A DNA stretch of 64,000 bases, taken from IMG/VR virus record IMGVR_UViG_3300002026_001699, positions 8,159 through 72,158 of that record; one strand, 5' to 3'. The notes under the pieces were generated by a model, which did not search any database, was not told where the DNA came from, and saw only the letters and a program-made list of their open reading frames with translations. This document shows positions 26,127 to 35,918 of the stretch, in pieces; positions within the stretch are counted from its first letter, which is position 1; every line of letters starts with the position of its first letter. Origin of the DNA: a virus (lineage: Duplodnaviria > Caudoviricetes). The translations under genes were made by a program, and so were the position numbers.

Positions 26127-27677
26127 CTATTTTTCAATGATATCATCTTTAATTTTTTTTATAAATTTTTTTTCTTTAATAAATTTATAATATTTATCTA
26201 TACTATCAATAGATGGAAATTTGCCATTACCTGAAAAATCAATGCTATCATTTATTTCTAATGGAAATCCTTCTAATGAAACAAGTGATTTATTATCTAC
26301 GCAATAAAAAGAATTTAATATTTGAGGACTACCTTTCAATGAAACAAGTGATTTATTTTCTAAACAATAAAAAGCATTTACTTTTTGAGGACTACCTTCT
26401 AATGAAAGAAGTGAATCATTCCCTTGACAAGAAAGATAATTTACTTTTTGAGGACTACCTTTTAATGAAACAAGTTTATTATTATAATAACAATAAAAAG
26501 CATTTACTTTTTGAGGGCTACCTTCTAATGAAACAAGTGATTTATTACTTATACAATTAAAAGTATTTACTTTTTGAGGGCTGCCTTCTAATGAAACAAG
26601 CAAATTATTAAAAGCACAATCAAAAGTATCTACTATAAAATCACTCATATTAGGTAAAACTTTCAAATTTGTATTATTAATCCTTATATTAGAATCAGCA
26701 TGATATTTATCATTTATTTTTTTCCAAATACCTAGTTCTACCAATGTGTCTTTTTTATCTAAATTATTAATTATAAAATTAGGCGATATAGATAATTTTT
26801 TTAATATTTTTTTGTCTAATTCTTTAAAATCTCCAGTTATAGCAAAGTTTTTAATTTTAGATTCTTTGTTTCTATTAATTGTATCTAACTCTTGAATCAA
26901 TTGTTGAGGTAGTGTTTTACAAATATTAGCTGTAAAATATTCCGAAACCAAACTTATAGCCCATATATCATCTTCAAAATTATCGTTGTAAACATCTTGA
27001 ATATCACAATGATCATCATTACTAGGATTATTATTACTTAAAAATAAACTTAATCCTATATTATCATAAGGTAGATGTCTCAAAAAGAATAGTCTACCTT
27101 TAGACTTATTAGGATCTTTACCCATATATTCTTTATAATAATGATCATCACCTGGTCTTGAAACACAAACTTTACCATTACATTTATGTCTACCAAAAAA
27201 TACTGAGGCTTCATGATTGAATACTTCGGCAAGAATCCAAGATCCATTTTGAAATATAATTTTATGTTCTCCTGGAATATTATCTGATATTATTTTATTT
27301 ATTTCACTAGAACCTTCTCCTTCACCTGAAGATAATTTATTTATTAAATTATGTAATTTTTCAAAATCATGTTCACCTAATATATTAATAAGTTCAGCTT
27401 TTAGATCTTTAGATTTGATATATCCATCTCTAATATATCTAGCTTGACTTGACATTTTATACCAGCTTGATAAATCATTTTCTATATTTTTTTTATTTTC
27501 TTTAAACCAATCCTTTTGTTCAGGAGTTAGTCTTAAATAAGCTCCTATAATCCATTCTAATTTTTTAGGATCAGTGTCTCTTACAAAGAGAAATTCTTCC
27601 TCTGACATTTTTTTTGAGAATGGAATATAATTTGCAGCTTCATTTAATTCAAAATATATTTTTTTAAATAAATTCAT
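26127..27677 (-). CDS. LRR-like repeat protein with capsid-targeting-like N-terminus
   Basis: About six LVSL(E/K)GSPQKVNxFxCxxN units. Confidence 0.7.
   Translation of the reverse strand: MNLFKKIYFELNEAANYIPFSKKMSEEEFLFVRDTDPKKLEWIIGAYLRLTPEQKDWFKENKKNIENDLSSWYKMSSQARYIRDGYIKSKDLKAELINILGEHDFEKLHNLINKLSSGEGEGSSEINKIISDNIPGEHKIIFQNGSWILAEVFNHEASVFFGRHKCNGKVCVSRPGDDHYYKEYMGKDPNKSKGRLFFLRHLPYDNIGLSLFLSNNNPSNDDHCDIQDVYNDNFEDDIWAISLVSEYFTANICKTLPQQLIQELDTINRNKESKIKNFAITGDFKELDKKILKKLSISPNFIINNLDKKDTLVELGIWKKINDKYHADSNIRINNTNLKVLPNMSDFIVDTFDCAFNNLLVSLEGSPQKVNTFNCISNKSLVSLEGSPQKVNAFYCYYNNKLVSLKGSPQKVNYLSCQGNDSLLSLEGSPQKVNAFYCLENKSLVSLKGSPQILNSFYCVDNKSLVSLEGFPLEINDSIDFSGNGKFPSIDSIDKYYKFIKEKKFIKKIKDDIIEK
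26255..26620. repeat. Tandem ~63-66 nt coding repeats
   Basis: Recurring CCTT(C/T)(T/C)AATGAAA(C/G)AAGT...TTTACTTTTTGAGG. Confidence 0.85.
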
Positions 27678-27722
27678 CTTATCTCCTATTTTTTAATAAT
27701 TTTACTTTTTCAAATTCCACAA

Positions 27723-28103
27723 TTATTTTCCCCTTCTATCAACTTTACCATCCCATGGTTTCTGAAAATATTTTACTTCATCAAAATCATCAAATCTTGG
27801 TAGTGGATATTCTTTTACACCATCAACATACATACTTATTGGAATTTGAATTGTTCTTTTATCATCATGAGCTTCAATATGTTTAAATGTTATATTATCT
27901 ATTATTAAAATTTCACCTTTAAAATATATTCTTTGTCCTCTTCCTATATCACTCATTCTGGCTTTAAAATAATTTACTAAATCTTGAACAAAACTTTTTA
28001 ACATTATTAAAACAAATCCAGTTATTACAAATGATATAAATGTCATCCATAATTGTTGTCCAAATTGTTGTAAAAAATCGTTTAATATCTCAGTTGGTGT
28101 CAT
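27723..28103 (-). CDS. Small membrane protein with MscS-like beta domain
   Basis: TM WMTFISFVITGFVLIML, then GRGQRIYF...IQIPIS. Confidence 0.45.
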   Translation of the reverse strand: MTPTEILNDFLQQFGQQLWMTFISFVITGFVLIMLKSFVQDLVNYFKARMSDIGRGQRIYFKGEILIIDNITFKHIEAHDDKRTIQIPISMYVDGVKEYPLPRFDDFDEVKYFQKPWDGKVDRRGK

Positions 28104-28143
28104 AATAGTCCTCCAACTATTATCTTACATCATATGATGATAT

Positions 28144-28908
28144 TTATTTAATATCCCAGGCCATCTTTCTGCTTGCTTTTGTGTTTTTATAATAAGCCTG
28201 AAGTTTACCCTTTAAATATAAAAATACAAATACTGAAATAGTATGATCTGATTCTTTTGTCCATTTATCAATTTCATCTAAAGACCACATTGTATCAACA
28301 TATTTTAAGGCTTCTTTAGGTTCTATTATTTTGAAGATTTGATCAAAATCTTGTTTTGTATAAAATCTAGAACCAGTATGTTGTTTCCATGCTTTAATAA
28401 TCTTTTTAATAAGTTTATTATAATCTTCTATTTTTTCTTCATTAGCTTTTTCTTGTTCTGGACTTTCCTCTGTAGTAGTATTATTTTTATAATCTATATT
28501 TATACGTTCATCTGGTGAACTATCACTGTTTTCTTCAGAAACAGGTTTATGTTGTGAACAGCTAAGATATGATCTATCAGGTTCAATAAATTTTCTTCTA
28601 GGCAATGTATATCCAGGAATTATATTTATTAAAAATGGTTTAGTAGGTCCTTCACTTGTAATCTTAATCAATCCTGATTGAGCTAATAATCTATTACATT
28701 TTGAAATAGCACCTTTACTTATTCCAGTGTTTGCTTCAATAAACCTATAACCCATTTTTATTTCATCAAAACCTGCAACTGATCTATAAAAACTATATAG
28801 AACAAAAGCAGTATGAGTTATAACTTTTTCAGCAACTAATTGCATTACATAATTTTGAACTTGGAGAAAATCTCCATCAGCATTTATAATACGAGCTTCT
28901 TGTTTCAT
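28144..28908 (-). CDS. HTH-containing replication initiator-like protein
   Basis: AFVLYSFY...IEANTGISKGAISKCNRLLAQSGLIKI; linker; helical C-domain. Confidence 0.55.
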   Translation of the reverse strand: MKQEARIINADGDFLQVQNYVMQLVAEKVITHTAFVLYSFYRSVAGFDEIKMGYRFIEANTGISKGAISKCNRLLAQSGLIKITSEGPTKPFLINIIPGYTLPRRKFIEPDRSYLSCSQHKPVSEENSDSSPDERINIDYKNNTTTEESPEQEKANEEKIEDYNKLIKKIIKAWKQHTGSRFYTKQDFDQIFKIIEPKEALKYVDTMWSLDEIDKWTKESDHTISVFVFLYLKGKLQAYYKNTKASRKMAWDIK

Positions 28909-28944
28909 TTTTACACCCTTAGTATATTATTCGAGATAAATGTA

Positions 28945-29124
28945 TTATTTTAAATCTGATGGTAGATATTTAGGGTAGTTTGCCTCTATAAATGTTTTAA
29001 TTGCCTTGTCTTCAAGGTGATACATTTTTAATCCAGTATCTTTACAAATGTTTTTAATTACCTCTTTCCATTTTTTTGATATAGAAATCTTTGTATATTC
29101 TAAATTGTTTTCCATCTCATCCAT
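28945..29124 (-). CDS. Small DNA-binding-like protein (MDEMENN...)
   Basis: Strand-helix-helix pattern TKISISKKWKEVIKNICKDTGLKMYHL. Confidence 0.4.
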   Translation of the reverse strand: MDEMENNLEYTKISISKKWKEVIKNICKDTGLKMYHLEDKAIKTFIEANYPKYLPSDLK

Positions 29125-29404
29125 TTTTATCTCCTTCATCCCAATCATACAATGGTTTGAAATTATCAACAAACCAATATTTTTGTTCTTTTTCCAAATT
29201 ATCAAGTTTTTTATATGCTATACTATTTATACAAATAGAACATTTTGTAGAAAAATAGTCTAACATTCTTTTAGATGTTTCTGTATTTGTATATATATAA
29301 TTTCTCCATTTATATTTACAAAAATCACATTTTGGAGTTCCAGCACTTGATATCAATTTTTTTAAAAATGTAATTTTGTCAATATTTATATTAAAATCTT
29401 TCAT
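29117..29404 (-). CDS. Hypothetical CxxC protein
   Basis: CDFC and CSIC. Confidence 0.5.
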   Translation of the reverse strand: MKDFNINIDKITFLKKLISSAGTPKCDFCKYKWRNYIYTNTETSKRMLDYFSTKCSICINSIAYKKLDNLEKEQKYWFVDNFKPLYDWDEGDKNG

Positions 29405-29470
29405 ATAATACGTATTTGTCCTATAATGTATTTTTATTTATCTTTATAATATTATACATAAAATATGCTT

Positions 29471-29968
29471 TTAATTGTAGATAAAGTTATAATATTCTTG
29501 TTCTGTGTCAAATATTATTTTTTTATTTGAATTGTAACATTCTTCGTCTCTTTGTTTAAATGGTATTTCTTTTTCTATAGGTAGGAGTCCAAAATGTGTC
29601 ATATAGAAGCCTTTATCTTCTGCCATTTTCCATACTTCATCACATCTAGAATCTGGTCCTTTTATTAAAAAAATGGATGAAGGGATAAATTGCTTTTTAA
29701 CACAATGAACAGAAAATTTTAATTGTTCAATAACAAAAGTGTATATAGTAGCATGTTTATATCCTATATATTTTATTTTATTTCTAATTAATTTATGTTT
29801 AACTTTATCAATATCACATACTATATCTATATCACCAACAGTTTCACATCCTCTTGAATATGATCCACCTATAATATAATCTGGGAATATTTCTTGAATG
29901 AATTCTTGATATTTTTCTAATATTTCTTGAGCTTTTTCTCTAGTTAAGCGGACATATTTTGCATTCAT
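29471..29968 (-). CDS. Minimal DNA polymerase X family nucleotidyltransferase
   Basis: GGSYSRGCETVGDIDIV; KG; C-terminal FDTEQEYY; start trimmed to MNAKY. Confidence 0.75.
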   Translation of the reverse strand: MNAKYVRLTREKAQEILEKYQEFIQEIFPDYIIGGSYSRGCETVGDIDIVCDIDKVKHKLIRNKIKYIGYKHATIYTFVIEQLKFSVHCVKKQFIPSSIFLIKGPDSRCDEVWKMAEDKGFYMTHFGLLPIEKEIPFKQRDEECYNSNKKIIFDTEQEYYNFIYN

Positions 29969-30803
29969 CTCCACCCCTATTCTGCATTTTAAACATAATA
30001 TTTTCATCTAATTTAAAATCTTTATTAAAGATATTACCTAAATATCCTGATTTAGCTGCAAGACAACATGAATACATATCACCATTATATAAAACATATG
30101 GAGTTTTTGCTGTATTACATTTTTTATATTTTCTGATTTTTAAATCTTGGTTTAAATATCTTGAATAATATTGAGAATCCTCTGACGTAGGATATAATTC
30201 ATCAATTAATTTTTGTTTTAATTCTAAATCATCAATTTCATTGATACCAAAATCGAGACCAGAAATCCAATAATATTTTTCTAATGCAATACTTTTATAC
30301 ATAAAATCATCTATTTCATTTTCATTGTATTTTGATATAATCATCTTTAAATGATAATTGATTTTATATTCATCAAGTTTTTGAATATTATAAATAACAT
30401 TATCAATTTTTCTTCCAGTTAATTTTAAATAAGTTTCAGGGTTAAATGAATGAAGGGAGATGTATATTTCACTTATTGTATCTTTAATAAGTTTAAAATC
30501 TAAATTAGGCATGTTAAGATTAGTTGTGAGGGTAGTTGTTATTTTTCTTTTTTTTATTTCTGACAGAATGTCATTAATTCTAGGATGAATAAGAGTTTCA
30601 CCTCTTCCAACAATCCTCAAGAATGTTGGTTGGTAAATATCTAATATTTTGATAAAGTTATCAAATTCAATATGTTGTTTTGGGTGCAGATCAAATCTTT
30701 GTCCAAAACACATTTTACAATCATTATTACATATTGAAGATATTTCTATTTGTAATGGTTTTCCATCATTATAAAAATAAAGAGAATTTATCTTGTTTTT
30801 CAT
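29940..30803 (-). CDS. Radical SAM protein with SPASM/twitch domain
   Basis: ICNNDCKMC (CxxxCxxC), GRGETL, TTNL, NGDMYSCC...LGNI, CKIC. Confidence 0.88.
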   Translation of the reverse strand: MKNKINSLYFYNDGKPLQIEISSICNNDCKMCFGQRFDLHPKQHIEFDNFIKILDIYQPTFLRIVGRGETLIHPRINDILSEIKKRKITTTLTTNLNMPNLDFKLIKDTISEIYISLHSFNPETYLKLTGRKIDNVIYNIQKLDEYKINYHLKMIISKYNENEIDDFMYKSIALEKYYWISGLDFGINEIDDLELKQKLIDELYPTSEDSQYYSRYLNQDLKIRKYKKCNTAKTPYVLYNGDMYSCCLAAKSGYLGNIFNKDFKLDENIMFKMQNRGGDECKICPLN

Positions 30804-30820
30804 TTTTTACACCTTGTATA

Positions 30821-31318
30821 CTATTTTAGTAATATATTATATAGAGCTTTAAGATTCTTTGGTTTATTAGATATAAGTTTTGGTCCAGATGCTTTTGAAG
30901 CTAGAGGAATCATCTTTTTTATCAAGTTTATTTCACTTGCATCATCATTTTTATCTAAATATGCATTTGAATATGCTTCCAATGCATCAGCAAGACTTGG
31001 AAATAAATTTGCTCCAACATCTTCTGTTCCAGTTATAATCCATGGACCTGAGCCAGCTATATAACCGCTAGAATCATTATCAATTTCATCATCATCATCT
31101 ACACCAGCTAATGTATTTTCATATTTATTCCAATCTCTTCTGTATGTAGGCCAATATAATAGTGTTTGTTCAGGCTCGCCGTCGCCAAAATCTCCAAGTT
31201 CACAAATAGTATTAGCTTCCCAAGCATCTCTCCAATCATCTTCAAAATCTTCACTTAACCTTCTTCTGGCCCCATTTGATTCTTCACTTAATTGCTTTAA
31301 AAAACTATTCAAATCCAT
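30821..31318 (-). CDS. Acidic hypothetical protein, capsid-targeting-like N-terminus
   Basis: MDLNSFLKQLSEES. Confidence 0.6.
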   Translation of the reverse strand: MDLNSFLKQLSEESNGARRRLSEDFEDDWRDAWEANTICELGDFGDGEPEQTLLYWPTYRRDWNKYENTLAGVDDDDEIDNDSSGYIAGSGPWIITGTEDVGANLFPSLADALEAYSNAYLDKNDDASEINLIKKMIPLASKASGPKLISNKPKNLKALYNILLK

Positions 31319-31322
31319 AATT

Positions 31323-31863
31323 AATTCTCCTTTATATTTGATATAATAATTATCTTTAATATTTATTTTTAATAATTAAGTAGACGTATTACCTTGCAAA
31401 TTTAACACCAGAATTGGGATCTTTTATCATCTTTGTTAATTTTTGAATTATATTAAATGGATCAATATTCATAAAATAACCATAATCATAATTATCATAC
31501 TTTGTTTTTCCATCTAGAGATTTAACAAAACTATCAAACACCTTAGTAACTTTAGGTGCATTGTCTCCAGTACCCCAGTTAGTGTGAAATACTTTTTGTG
31601 GTGAATTATTCACATCATATACAATAAGATCATGATCCCCTCTATTTAATTTAATCCAACATTTTGCACTAGAATTATTTACATTTTTATTAAAAGCATC
31701 ATTTTCAGTTTGAGAAATACTTGCTTCGTTTAACTTTTTTATAAATTCATTTATTTGCATTATGATTCTCCTTTATATTTGATATAATGATTATCTTTAT
31801 TATTTATTTTTAATAATGAATGTTTTTAATAATTGTTTTTAATAATTAAGTAGACGTATTACC
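31323..31863. repeat. Direct repeats flanking gene 31389-31760
   Basis: 31323-31393 and 31765-31863 share ATTCTCCTTTATATTTGATATAAT, TTATCTTTA and AATAATTAAGTAGACGTATTACC. Confidence 0.85.
31389..31760 (-). CDS. Hypothetical protein, capsid-targeting-like N-terminus
   Basis: MQINEFIKKLNEAS. Confidence 0.6.
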   Translation of the reverse strand: MQINEFIKKLNEASISQTENDAFNKNVNNSSAKCWIKLNRGDHDLIVYDVNNSPQKVFHTNWGTGDNAPKVTKVFDSFVKSLDGKTKYDNYDYGYFMNIDPFNIIQKLTKMIKDPNSGVKFAR

Positions 31864-32958
31864 TAATAAGGCTTCCTTGATTTGCATATTTCCATAATTT
31901 ATATTAAATTGTGCATAAACATTAGATTCACCATTTCTGTTTTTTGCAGCATATAAATTAATTTGTCCTGAATCCTTTTCAGATCTTGTTTGAGTAATAG
32001 TAAAAAGAGCATCAATGATACGATTCTTTTCCATGGAGTCTGCTGTATTATTCATACCAATAATTTCTTTAGTGGCTCCATCTGCTCCTAGAGAATCTCT
32101 ATTAGATTGTGTTGCTGTAATAACAATTACATTTTTCTTTACAGCAAGACCTCTTAACTCTCTAAAAATCCATCCTTGCTCTTCATAAAGATTTGCTGAT
32201 TTATGGGCTGAACGCATAATATCACCATAGTCAATAATAATCATATCAGGAATAAAATCCTCATGTAATTTAAGATTCTCTAAATGAGATTCTATATCCA
32301 TAACACTTGCCATACCAGTTGGAAACTCTTTCATTTTCAATCTTGTTTTTGTTATTTTCTGAATTGTATCATACTTCTTTTTAATCTCATCAGGGTGCAT
32401 ACTCAACTCTTTCATTATTAACCCCGTTGATATAGCATCATAACGCATACCAAGTCTTTCTTCTGACATTTCAAGAGTATAATGAACAACATTCATTCCA
32501 TTTAACAATGCCTTTATTCCAAAATTTGGAAGGAAGATACTATTATGTCCATGAAATTTATCTGCATAATAACTGCTTGTTTCAGCAACTTGAAAATCAT
32601 ACATATATGATTCTTTTCCATTATACTCACAAGTTTTTATTTTATCCCACCCATTCTCAGTAAAAATAAAATCACTGTTTATTAATTTATCAACAAACTG
32701 CCATTTTCTATCTTTATCAAATAATGGTCCTTCTTTTGTTTCAAATTTGTGTTTATCAGCTACAATAGTTTTTAATCCACTAGTTGTTTCAATTTCCCAT
32801 TCTGGGTTTAACTGTGTTTTTCTTATGGCTTCAACTTTTTTATAGCCTAGTGGAGTATTAACTTTTAATGTCTCTGGTGCTATATTTTCTTGTCCTGGAT
32901 TATTACACCCCAGTGCCTCTATTAATTCACCAATTTTTACTCTAGCTTTTATTTTCAA
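31846..32958 (-). CDS. dnaB: Replicative helicase C-fragment preceded by a long IntC (139 aa)
   Basis: KFHGHN|SIFL; YTLEMSE, IIIDYGDIM, ATQSNR, AKNRNG. Confidence 0.92.
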   Translation of the reverse strand: MKIKARVKIGELIEALGCNNPGQENIAPETLKVNTPLGYKKVEAIRKTQLNPEWEIETTSGLKTIVADKHKFETKEGPLFDKDRKWQFVDKLINSDFIFTENGWDKIKTCEYNGKESYMYDFQVAETSSYYADKFHGHNSIFLPNFGIKALLNGMNVVHYTLEMSEERLGMRYDAISTGLIMKELSMHPDEIKKKYDTIQKITKTRLKMKEFPTGMASVMDIESHLENLKLHEDFIPDMIIIDYGDIMRSAHKSANLYEEQGWIFRELRGLAVKKNVIVITATQSNRDSLGADGATKEIIGMNNTADSMEKNRIIDALFTITQTRSEKDSGQINLYAAKNRNGESNVYAQFNINYGNMQIKEALLGNTST

Positions 32959-33766
32959 CTGTTCTCTCCCATGGAAAATATGTTATTTTTATCAAATCTT
33001 TATATTTTTGTTGTTGTTCTAATATCCAATTTTTTGACATATCTGGAATTATAAAGCCTAAATCTTTAATATAATTTTCATCAACTAAAATAAAATCATA
33101 TTCTAATTCAATAGCTTTTATTTTAAATGAATGTTTACCGTCTTTATATCCTTTACACTCAATAACAGTCTTATTATTAATAATAAAATCAGGGTAATAA
33201 TGGTGTTTATTATTCCGATATTCATATTCAATAGGATCTAAATCAAATCTTTTTATTGAAATATTATTTTCATAGCAATAAATTAAATATGTGAGTTCAT
33301 AACTCCCTTGCCATAAAATATTATTAAATAAACCAGAAGGGTATATATATCCTTCTTTTTTCCTATTTTTAACTATTTTTTCTTTTGTCTCAATACTATG
33401 ATGTTTGCCATAAAATGGATTGTTTTCTTTCATTCTTGAAATAGAATAGTGTTTTCTCTTTTTGTTTGCCTCTTCATTGCCATAAATTTCTTCAAATGTC
33501 TTGCCCTTCATTTTTTTAGATGATGCTGCTTGGCCACCTGTAATCCAATTACTTAATTTTTCTTTTGATATCTCTCCACTTTTCCACTTTGTTTTCATTG
33601 TTTCAGAAATTTTTTGTTTATTTTTTTCTGAAAGATGTTGACCAGTTTTAGATTTATTATTAAAAGCCATTGCACATTTATGACAACAAAATTTCTTGTG
33701 AAATCTTACTTCACTTTCAAATTCTTTTTGACAATTCTTACAAATTAAAATTTCCATTTTTGACAT
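32942..33766 (-). mobile_element. Free-standing endonuclease (NUMOD3 + TnsA-like PD-(D/E)xK)
   Basis: NPFYGKHHSIETKEKI; QGSYEL...YYPDFIIN...IECKG; lies within the dnaB break. Confidence 0.8.
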
Positions 33767-33769
33767 CTA

Positions 33770-34474
33770 TTATTCCTTTAGAAACAAATGTTTGATTTTT
33801 TCATATTCAGGATCATTATCATCTATTTCTATATCTATATATGTATTAAAATGTCCGCATTTGCCAAAACCAGGCGGAGACATTACACAATACAACTCTC
33901 GCTTTGCCCATCCACCACCAAGGATTTTATCAATTTGACCATAACCAGATGATACTTTATTTTCAATACTTTCTGCAATTTTTAAATAACGTTCATCAAC
34001 ATCATAAAGATCAAAACCAATATTTATATCAAGATTAAAAATAAGAGCATCTTTAACAACAGAAATAATAGAATCAAAATCATCTTTTTCAATAAGATTT
34101 ACAGATTCATTTATTGCTTCAACCATTCTAGCACGTTTTGCAAACTTTACAACCTCTTCTGTTACATAATCTTTTTCTGCAATATCAATATCTATCTGTT
34201 CTTTTGGAATAAAAATCTGATCAAAGAATGGAGCGGTTTTTTTATTATCTACGCCAACACCACCTAGAATACTTTCTACTACATTTCTATTAGGAAGTTT
34301 ATTGTGCTTTTTAAAAAATTGTTCATAAATAGTAAATGTTTTACCAAGTATTTGTGATTCAAAATAATCTTTTTTAAGATGCTCAATCATCATTACAGCA
34401 AATGATCTGTCTAAATGCATCATTTTAAAAATATCTATTTCAAGATCACCTAGTTCTAGTTTTTCATTATTCAA
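33770..34474 (-). CDS. dnaB: Replicative helicase N-fragment ending in a 29-aa IntN
   Basis: SSGYGQIDKILGGG, Walker A SPPGFGK|CGHFNTYIDIEID. Confidence 0.9.
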   Translation of the reverse strand: MNNEKLELGDLEIDIFKMMHLDRSFAVMMIEHLKKDYFESQILGKTFTIYEQFFKKHNKLPNRNVVESILGGVGVDNKKTAPFFDQIFIPKEQIDIDIAEKDYVTEEVVKFAKRARMVEAINESVNLIEKDDFDSIISVVKDALIFNLDINIGFDLYDVDERYLKIAESIENKVSSGYGQIDKILGGGWAKRELYCVMSPPGFGKCGHFNTYIDIEIDDNDPEYEKIKHLFLKE

Positions 34475-34738
34475 TTATTCATCCCTCCAATTTTTTATTT
34501 CATAAAGCATATCATTGTCATTTGAATATAATCTAAGACTAAATCCATTTTCTTCAAAAGATTCAGTCAAGTTAGGTATAACTTTTGATAATTCATATAA
34601 ACAATCTTTTATACACATAATTCTTTCATATTTTTTTTTATTTAAAATACGACTTGATATATATTCTCTAATATATTCTTCAATTTCTTTATCATCAAGG
34701 AGATGTTTTGCTAATTTTTCTATTTCCGGTATACTCAT
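34475..34738 (-). CDS. Hypothetical protein
   Basis: 87 aa ORF between primase and helicase. Confidence 0.5.
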   Translation of the reverse strand: MSIPEIEKLAKHLLDDKEIEEYIREYISSRILNKKKYERIMCIKDCLYELSKVIPNLTESFEENGFSLRLYSNDNDMLYEIKNWRDE

Positions 34739-35816
34739 ATTTTATCAAATCCTCTTCAATAACAGAAAGATTTAAATCATTAATATCTTTTTTGCCATTA
34801 ACTAATTTTGTCTTATATCTGTTATACCATTCATAAATACCAATTTTAATATTTTCATCTTGTATGTGGAATTTTACTTTTTCAATATTCTTTTTTAATG
34901 TTTTAAAAATAGCTTCTCTAGTTTCTTGCTTTGTATCATAATCAGGAATGAATATAATTTCAGTTGGATTCTTTTTTAAGATTTTCAAAACCTGAGGATC
35001 CGATAATTTATTTCCCATAACACAAGTTGTTGAATAATTAGAAAGAGTCATTGCATCAAACGGCCCTTCTGTAATAAATATTCTATCATTCTCTTTCAAT
35101 TGATCATAAAAATAAACAGTTTGTATTCTTGGAATGGGAGGGTTTCTATATCTAAACTCAGAATCTCTATCAGTATTTCTTGCTTGAAAATATACTAATT
35201 TACCATCTTCATAAGTTGGTATAATAAGGAAACCATAATAAGGATTTCTACCTGAAGAATGATCACACGTTGGGCAAGCGTCTCCATCTATTTGACCAGC
35301 ACCACGACATGTCCAACAATCATACTCATCAATATATTTTAAATTATATTTTTTAATATGATCTAAATTAAGATTCTTTGACCATAAAAATCTTATAGCT
35401 CTCCTTCCAAGTTTGTTTCTTAGAACCTTTTCTTCAACAAGGCTTTTCATGTTTGGCATATTTTTTATTTCTGGTAAATCTATTGGGAGTATTTGTTTTG
35501 GTTTATTATCTGTAAAAGTAAGTTTCATTCCAGATTTTTTTTGCTTCATAAAAATACGAAGTAAAATACCTTGAGCTTCTGTTTCACTTCTTATTGTTTG
35601 ATCATATTCTTTAATAAAACCAGGAATAGTCCATCCTTGACCTAGTTTAAAATCAAATACTCTATTCTCTTCTGGATTAAAACCAAGTTTATGTTGATTA
35701 TCTCCAGTAAATACTGAGTTGATGTTTATCCATGGATCGTATCTTTCATCTATGTCTTCTGTAATGTATTTTGTTATATACTCTAACACTACTTCTTTTG
35801 GAAATTTTATAGGCAT
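34695..35816 (-). CDS. DNA primase (T4 gp61-like, TOPRIM)
   Basis: IIP...YFQAR, RYRNP, ITEGPFDA, PDYD, KDINDL. Confidence 0.88.
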   Translation of the reverse strand: MPIKFPKEVVLEYITKYITEDIDERYDPWININSVFTGDNQHKLGFNPEENRVFDFKLGQGWTIPGFIKEYDQTIRSETEAQGILLRIFMKQKKSGMKLTFTDNKPKQILPIDLPEIKNMPNMKSLVEEKVLRNKLGRRAIRFLWSKNLNLDHIKKYNLKYIDEYDCWTCRGAGQIDGDACPTCDHSSGRNPYYGFLIIPTYEDGKLVYFQARNTDRDSEFRYRNPPIPRIQTVYFYDQLKENDRIFITEGPFDAMTLSNYSTTCVMGNKLSDPQVLKILKKNPTEIIFIPDYDTKQETREAIFKTLKKNIEKVKFHIQDENIKIGIYEWYNRYKTKLVNGKKDINDLNLSVIEEDLIKYEYTGNRKISKTSP

Positions 35817-35840
35817 TTTTAATTATTCCTTATACATCTA

Positions 35841-35870
35841 TATATGCATAATATTGTACTAATTTGTACA
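35841..35870 (-). promoter_or_regulatory. Putative phage promoter TGTACAAATT-N13-GCATATAT upstream of primase
   Basis: Matches 12830-12870. Confidence 0.5.
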
Positions 35871-35884
35871 GTTTTAGAGATAAT

Positions 35885-35914
35885 AAAAACTCAAGCTTCA
35901 ATGCTTGAGTTTTT
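35885..35914. terminator. Rho-independent terminator
   Basis: AAAAACTCAAGC-6nt-GCTTGAGTTTTT downstream of the tubulin gene. Confidence 0.8.
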
Positions 35915-35918
35915 TAAA

